DNA of 11,625 nucleotides from Kofleriaceae bacterium. GTDB lineage: Bacteria > Myxococcota_A > Polyangia > Haliangiales > Haliangiaceae. Each line of letters starts with the position of its first letter. The stretch's first letter is position 1. Positions 6,823-11,625 of this stretch are shown here, piece after piece. The stretch is taken from contig JBKJLC010000266.1 of NCBI GenBank assembly GCA_046597055.1, positions 1 to 11,625 of the forward strand. The letters run 5' to 3'. The translations under genes were made by a program, and so were the position numbers. The notes under the pieces are model-generated. The model did not search any database. It saw only the letters and a program-made list of their open reading frames with translations, and had not been told where the DNA came from.

Positions 6823-7692
6823 TCAACCCCGGAACCCGGGCAGGCCGCGCAGGTACTCGCCGTAGTCGTCGGGGAGCTCGGCGGCCAGCTCGGCCAGGCG
6901 GGCGTCGTCGATGAAGCCCATGCGCCAGGCGATCTCCTCGGGGCATGCGATCATGAGGCCGGTGCGGCGCTGGACCGCGTGGACGAAGCTCGACGCCTCG
7001 AGCAAAGACTCGTGGGTGCCGGCGTCGAGCCAGGCGGTGCCGCGGCCGAACACCTCGACCGCGAGCTGGCCGCGCTCGAGATAGAGCCGGTTGAGATCGG
7101 TGATCTCGAGCTCGCCGCGCGGGCTCGGCGTGACCTGCGCGGCCAGATCGCACACCTGCTCGTCGTAGAAGTACATGCCGGGCACCGCCAGGTTGGACCG
7201 CGGCGTCGCCGGCTTCTCCTCGAGCGAGAGCACCTGGCGGTCGGCTCCGAGCTCGACGATGCCGTAGCGGTGCGGATCGCGCACCGGATACGCGAACACC
7301 ACCGCGCCGCGGGCGAGCTCGGCGGCGCGCCGCACGGTCTCCTGCAGGCGCGAGCCGTAGAAGATGTTGTCGCCGAGCACCAGCGCGCAGCGCTCGCCGG
7401 CGATGAAGTCGCGGCCGACCAGGAACGCGTCGGCCAGGCCGCGCGGGGTCGCCTGCTCGGCGTAGACGAACCGCAGGCCCCACTGGGCGCCGTCGCGCAG
7501 CAGGCGCTGGTAGGCCGGCAGATCGTCGGGGGTCGAGATCACCAGCACGTCGCGGATGCCGGCCAGCATGAGCACCGACAGCGGGTAGTAGATCATCGGC
7601 TTGTCGTAGACCGGCAGCAGCTGCTTGGAGACCGACCGCGTGATCGGATACAGCCGGGTGCCCTTGCCGCCGGCGAGGATGATGCCCTTCAT
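6823..7692 (-). CDS. rfbA: Glucose-1-phosphate thymidylyltransferase (RmlA)
   Basis: [60 protein letters not shown]. True start is ATG 7692, which overlaps the rfbB stop (ATGA). 289 aa. Confidence 0.97.
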   Translation of the reverse strand: MKGIILAGGKGTRLYPITRSVSKQLLPVYDKPMIYYPLSVLMLAGIRDVLVISTPDDLPAYQRLLRDGAQWGLRFVYAEQATPRGLADAFLVGRDFIAGERCALVLGDNIFYGSRLQETVRRAAELARGAVVFAYPVRDPHRYGIVELGADRQVLSLEEKPATPRSNLAVPGMYFYDEQVCDLAAQVTPSPRGELEITDLNRLYLERGQLAVEVFGRGTAWLDAGTHESLLEASSFVHAVQRRTGLMIACPEEIAWRMGFIDDARLAELAAELPDDYGEYLRGLPGFRG

Positions 7693-8792
7693 AGCGCGCC
7701 GTCCTCGTCGTGATCGCGCGCACGCGATCCGTAGTTGAGATCGATCCAGGCCCGGTAGTCGGCGGTGTCGCGGATCGCCGCCAGCCAGGCGCCGGCGCCG
7801 GCGTACCAGGCCACGGTCGCGCGCAGGCCGTCGGCCAGCGCATGGACCGGGCGCCAGCCCAGCTCGCGCTGGAGCTTCGTGAAGTCGAGATCGTAGCGGC
7901 GATCGTGGCCGGGCCGGTCGGTGACGAACTGCACCAGCGAGCGATGCGGGTGATGGGCCGCGCCGGGATAGCGCTCGTCGAGCAGCGCGCACAGCTGCTC
8001 GACCAGCGCGAGGTTGGTCGGCTGGTTGCCGCCGCCGACGTGGTAGGTCTCGCCGACCCGGCCGCGCTCGAGAATCAGCCGGATCGCGGCGCAGTGGTCG
8101 TCCACGTGCAACCAGTCGCGGATCTGCCCGCCGTCGCCGTAGACCGGCAGCGGCTTGCCGAGCGCGCCGTGGACGATCATCAGCGGCACCAGCTTCTCGG
8201 GAAACTGGTACGGCCCGTAGTTGTTCGAGCACGACGACAGCGTCGCCGGCAGGCCGTAGGTGGTGACGTACGCGCGCACGAGGTGGTCGGCGGCCGCCTT
8301 CGACGCCGCGTACGGCGAGCGCGGCCGGTAGGGCGCGTCCTCGGCCACCGGTGGATCGGTGGGCGCCAGCGAGCCGTAGACCTCGTCGGTCGAGACGTGG
8401 TGGAAGCGGACCTCATCCGGGCTGCGGCCGGCCCAGGCCCGGCGCGCCGCCTCGAGCAGCGTGAAGGTGCCGGTGACGTTGGTGGCCACGAACTCGCCCG
8501 GCGACGCGATCGAGCGATCGACGTGCGACTCGGCCGCGAAGTGCACGACGGTGTCGATCGCGTGCTCGGCGATCACGCGGTCGACGTCGCCGCGGTCGCA
8601 GATGTCGCCGCGCACGAACCGGTGGCGGGCCGGACCGTCCGGACCCGGCAGGTCGCGCAGGTTCTCGCGGCTGCCGGCGTAGGTCAGCAGGTCGTAGGTG
8701 ACGACGCCGACGTCGGGCCGCGCCGCCAGCAGGTGGCGGACGAAGTTGGAGCCGATGAAGCCGGCGCCGCCGGTGACCAGGACCTGTCGCAC
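7689..8792 (-). CDS. rfbB: dTDP-glucose 4,6-dehydratase (RmlB)
   Basis: [67 protein letters not shown] start. Confidence 0.97.
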   Translation of the reverse strand: MRQVLVTGGAGFIGSNFVRHLLAARPDVGVVTYDLLTYAGSRENLRDLPGPDGPARHRFVRGDICDRGDVDRVIAEHAIDTVVHFAAESHVDRSIASPGEFVATNVTGTFTLLEAARRAWAGRSPDEVRFHHVSTDEVYGSLAPTDPPVAEDAPYRPRSPYAASKAAADHLVRAYVTTYGLPATLSSCSNNYGPYQFPEKLVPLMIVHGALGKPLPVYGDGGQIRDWLHVDDHCAAIRLILERGRVGETYHVGGGNQPTNLALVEQLCALLDERYPGAAHHPHRSLVQFVTDRPGHDRRYDLDFTKLQRELGWRPVHALADGLRATVAWYAGAGAWLAAIRDTADYRAWIDLNYGSRARDHDEDGAL

Positions 8793-8826
8793 GTCGGGCC
8801 AGCATCGCAGAGGCAGCGGCCCGCGC

Positions 8827-9798
8827 TCAAGGCTCCGATCCGACTGGCTGCGACCGGGCCCGGGCCGCGCCGACCGCCATCACCACACCGCCGGCGGCGC
8901 CGACCAGCAGGTGGGCGAGCCACAGCCCGAGCGAGGCGGCCAGCGCGTCGGCCGGCGCCATGCCGAACAGCCGGGCGCCGAGCGAGACGAACACCGCCTC
9001 GCGGGCGCCGGCGCCGCCGACCGTGATCGGCAAGAACTGGGTCGCCAGCGCGAGCGGCACCACCAGCAGCGCGCGCGCCAGGTCGACCTCGGGGTGCCCG
9101 GCGCGCAGCAAGACCCAGCCGGCCAGCGCGACCAGCAGCTGGGTCGCCGCCGACAGCGCCACGCCCTGCGCCAGCGCGCCCGGTCGCACGATCGACGGCA
9201 GCCGGCCCGCGATCCGGCCCAGCGCGCCCGGCAGGCGCGGCGCCAGCTGGCGCGCCAGCAGGAGCCCGAGCACGATCGCGATCGCGCCGGCCGCACCCAG
9301 GCCAGTCCACAGCCAGAACCCGCGCACGTCGACGGTGTCGCCGACCAGGACCAGGCCGACCGCGAGCAGCGCGAACAGCGCGAACAGGCCGAGCGCGCGC
9401 TCGACCAGCACCACCGCGAGGTTGCCGGTGAGGCCGTCGTCACCGAACGCGGCCCGGGTGGCGACCCCGCGCACGACGTCGCCCGCGACCGCCCCCGGCA
9501 GGTAGTTGTTGTAGAAGAAGCCGACGAACGACAGCGCCAGCAAGCGCGCCATCGGCGGCGGCGCCGGCGCCCCGTACGCCGACATCAGCACGCGCCAACG
9601 CAGCGCGCCGGCCACCACGTTGGCCGCGACCAGCGCGACCGCCAGCGCGAACCCGGCCATCGGGATGCGGCCGATCGCCCAGCCCAGCTCGTCGAGATCC
9701 ACCACCGTCAGCGTGTAGGCGACGCCGGCCGCGGTGCCGCCCAGCCGCAGCGCCCACACGAGCGCGCGGCGCAGGCGAGGACGTGGCGGCGCCGACAT
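8827..9798 (-). CDS. UPF0104 / lysylphosphatidylglycerol-synthase TM-domain (putative flippase-like) membrane protein
   Basis: Multiple hydrophobic segments. Family-like motifs ALRW, GFFYNNYLPGAVAGDVVR, VLVERALG and LPITVGGAGARE. Start placed at ATG 9798. Confidence 0.85.
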   Translation of the reverse strand: MSAPPRPRLRRALVWALRLGGTAAGVAYTLTVVDLDELGWAIGRIPMAGFALAVALVAANVVAGALRWRVLMSAYGAPAPPPMARLLALSFVGFFYNNYLPGAVAGDVVRGVATRAAFGDDGLTGNLAVVLVERALGLFALFALLAVGLVLVGDTVDVRGFWLWTGLGAAGAIAIVLGLLLARQLAPRLPGALGRIAGRLPSIVRPGALAQGVALSAATQLLVALAGWVLLRAGHPEVDLARALLVVPLALATQFLPITVGGAGAREAVFVSLGARLFGMAPADALAASLGLWLAHLLVGAAGGVVMAVGAARARSQPVGSEP

Positions 9799-9935
9799 GG
9801 GCGCGCAGTCTGCCACAGCAGGCGTGAGCCCGATGACGCCGATCACGCCGTGACGCAGCCCCAGCAGGCCTTTGCAGCCGGTTGCCGGAACGTCATGGTC
9901 GCGGCCCCGGCCACCTGTTGGTATACGTGCCAGCC

Positions 9936-10991
9936 ATGTCTTCGCCTACCGTCTCGCTGGTGGTGCCGGTCTACAACGAGGAGCGGAACATCCCGTCGTT
10001 CCTCGCGGCAGCGCTGCCGGTGCTCGAGCGGACCGGCGAGCCGTTCGAGATCGTCTTCGTCGACGACGGTAGCCGGGACAACTCGCTCGGCCTCCTGGTC
10101 GCGGCCCAGAGCCAGGATCCCCGCCTGAAGGTCGTGAGCTTCGCGCGCAACTTCGGCAAGGAGACCGCGCTGGCCGCCGGGCTGGCCCATGCCCGCGGCC
10201 AGGCGGTGGTGCCGATCGACTGCGACCTCCAGCACCCGCCCGAGCTCATCCTCCAGATGATGGAAGCGTGGCGGAAGGGCGCCGACATGGTGATCGCGAT
10301 CCGGCATCGCCGCGACGAGGAGTCGTGGCCGCGGCGGACCGCCTCGGGGCTGTACTACCGCCTGCTGCGGATGCTGACCTCGGTCGACATCCCCGCCCAC
10401 GCCGGCGACTTCCGCCTCATCGATCGCAAGGTCGTCGACGTGCTCAACCAGATGCCCGAGCGACACCGGTTCATGAAGGGCATCTTCGCGTGGCCCGGCT
10501 TCAAGACCGCGACCATCGAGTTCCAGGCCGCGCTGCGCGAGGGCGGCGGCGGCTCGAAGTGGAGCTTCTTCAAGCTGTGGCGGTTCGCGCTCGACGGGAT
10601 CTTCTCGTTCTCGACCGTGCCGCTGAAGGTGTGGACCTACGTCGGGCTCGCGTGCGCCGCCGGCTCGTTCATCTACGCGGCGGTGACCATCATCCAGGTC
10701 CTGTGGTTCGGGATCGAAGTGCCGGGCTACGCGTCGCTGCTCTCGATCGTGCTGTTCTTCAACGCCCTGTCGATCATCTCGAACGGCATCCAGGGCGAGT
10801 ACCTCGCGCGCATCTTCGAGGAGGTCAAGGGTCGGCCCCTCTACGTCGTCGGTGGCCGCTGGGGCTTCGACGACGCCCCCGCCCTGCCGGTCCCGGCGGT
10901 CGGCCGCAACGGCGCGCTGGTGCGGCCGCGCACCGCGACCAACCCGCCGCTGCCGGCGGTCCCGCCGCCGCCGCCACCACGCGGGCTCTGA
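9936..10991 (+). CDS. GT2 bactoprenol glycosyltransferase (GtrB-like)
   Basis: VVPVYNEE, FVDDGSRD, SFARNFGKETALAAGL, IDCDLQHPPE, GDFRLIDRKVV, ERHRFMKGIFAWPGF, FSTVPL, two TM segments, PGYAS, GEYLARIFEEVKGRPLY. Start at ATG 9936. Confidence 0.93.
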   Translation: MSSPTVSLVVPVYNEERNIPSFLAAALPVLERTGEPFEIVFVDDGSRDNSLGLLVAAQSQDPRLKVVSFARNFGKETALAAGLAHARGQAVVPIDCDLQHPPELILQMMEAWRKGADMVIAIRHRRDEESWPRRTASGLYYRLLRMLTSVDIPAHAGDFRLIDRKVVDVLNQMPERHRFMKGIFAWPGFKTATIEFQAALREGGGGSKWSFFKLWRFALDGIFSFSTVPLKVWTYVGLACAAGSFIYAAVTIIQVLWFGIEVPGYASLLSIVLFFNALSIISNGIQGEYLARIFEEVKGRPLYVVGGRWGFDDAPALPVPAVGRNGALVRPRTATNPPLPAVPPPPPPRGL

Positions 10992-11625
10992 TGGCGCAAC
11001 GCGAGCGTGGGCTGCACCGGCTGCTGAGCGCGAGCTGGATCTACCAGGGCCTCCAGGATCTCCTCGGCGCCCGCAGGTTCCAGCGTCGGTTCGTCGAGCA
11101 CTGGCTGTGCCTGCGGCCGGGACACCGCGTCCTCGACATCGGCTGCGGCCCGGCCGCGATCCTCGAGCACGTCCCGGCCGGCGTCGAGTACCACGGCTTC
11201 GACGACAGCGCGGGCTACCTCGACGCGGCCCGGCGCCGGTTCGGCGACCGCGGCACGTTCTGGCAGGCGCGGGTCGAGCGGGCGACCCTCGGCCGGCTCG
11301 GCGCGTTCGATCGGGTGCTCGCGGTCGGCGTGCTCCATCACCTCGACGACGCGGCGGCCAGCGCGCTGCTCGACCTGGCCGCGGTCGCGCTGGCGCCCGA
11401 CGGCGCCCTGGTGACCTACGACCCGTGCTTCACGCCGGGTCAGTCGCCGATCGCGCGCTTCCTGGCCGCCCGGGATCGCGGCCAGAATGTCCGGTCCCCG
11501 GACGGCTACGCCGCGCTGGCCCGCGACCGGTTCGCGACGGTCGCGCCCGAGGTGGTGACCGGCCACCTGCGGGTGCCGTACACCGCGACCGTGATGATCT
11601 GCCGGCGGCCCCGGCCGTCGGCAGC
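10991..11625 (+). CDS. Class I SAM-dependent methyltransferase (3' end outside window)
   Basis: Translated by hand from ATG 10991 (TGATG overlap): MAQRERGLHRLL...RVLDIGCGPA...YHGFDDS...FDRVLAVGVLHHLDD...LAPDG. No stop before the window edge. Absent from the ORF track. Confidence 0.9.
   Translation, partial: MAQRERGLHRLLSASWIYQGLQDLLGARRFQRRFVEHWLCLRPGHRVLDIGCGPAAILEHVPAGVEYHGFDDSAGYLDAARRRFGDRGTFWQARVERATLGRLGAFDRVLAVGVLHHLDDAAASALLDLAAVALAPDGALVTYDPCFTPGQSPIARFLAARDRGQNVRSPDGYAALARDRFATVAPEVVTGHLRVPYTATVMICRRPRPSA

Noticed and set aside
7693..8232. 180-aa N-terminal extension of RmlA in the ORF track
   Set aside because: It lies in an alternative frame of rfbB. The canonical MKGIILAGG start at 7692 is coupled to the rfbB stop.
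4500..8792. Calling the region an ECA (wec) operon or a dTDP-rhamnose operon
   Set aside because: No wecA/B/C/F/G, wzxE, wzyE or rmlC/rmlD in the window, and the gene order and orientation differ.

Overview
Very GC-rich bacterial DNA. The signalling architecture and composition suggest Myxococcota, but this is inference only. Left (1-3431): a two-component cluster made of a 5'-truncated hybrid kinase with two transmitter modules (HisKA-HATPase-REC-HisKA-HATPase), a translationally coupled REC-HisKA-HATPase kinase and a convergent single-domain receiver. Right (3526-11625): a glycosylation cluster with frequent strand switches. It encodes a GtrB/ArnC-like GT2, a WecD-like GNAT, a WecE aminotransferase, RmlA, RmlB, a UPF0104/LPG-synthase-TM membrane protein, a second GtrB-like GT2 and a 3'-truncated SAM methyltransferase that the ORF track misses. 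The most notable non-coding signal is a highly ordered four-arm inverted repeat (5493-5607, with a partial third copy at 5435) between the divergent wecD-like and wecE genes. There is also a perfect 17-bp tandem duplication at 3047-3080. No rRNA, tRNA, CRISPR array or transposase was seen.
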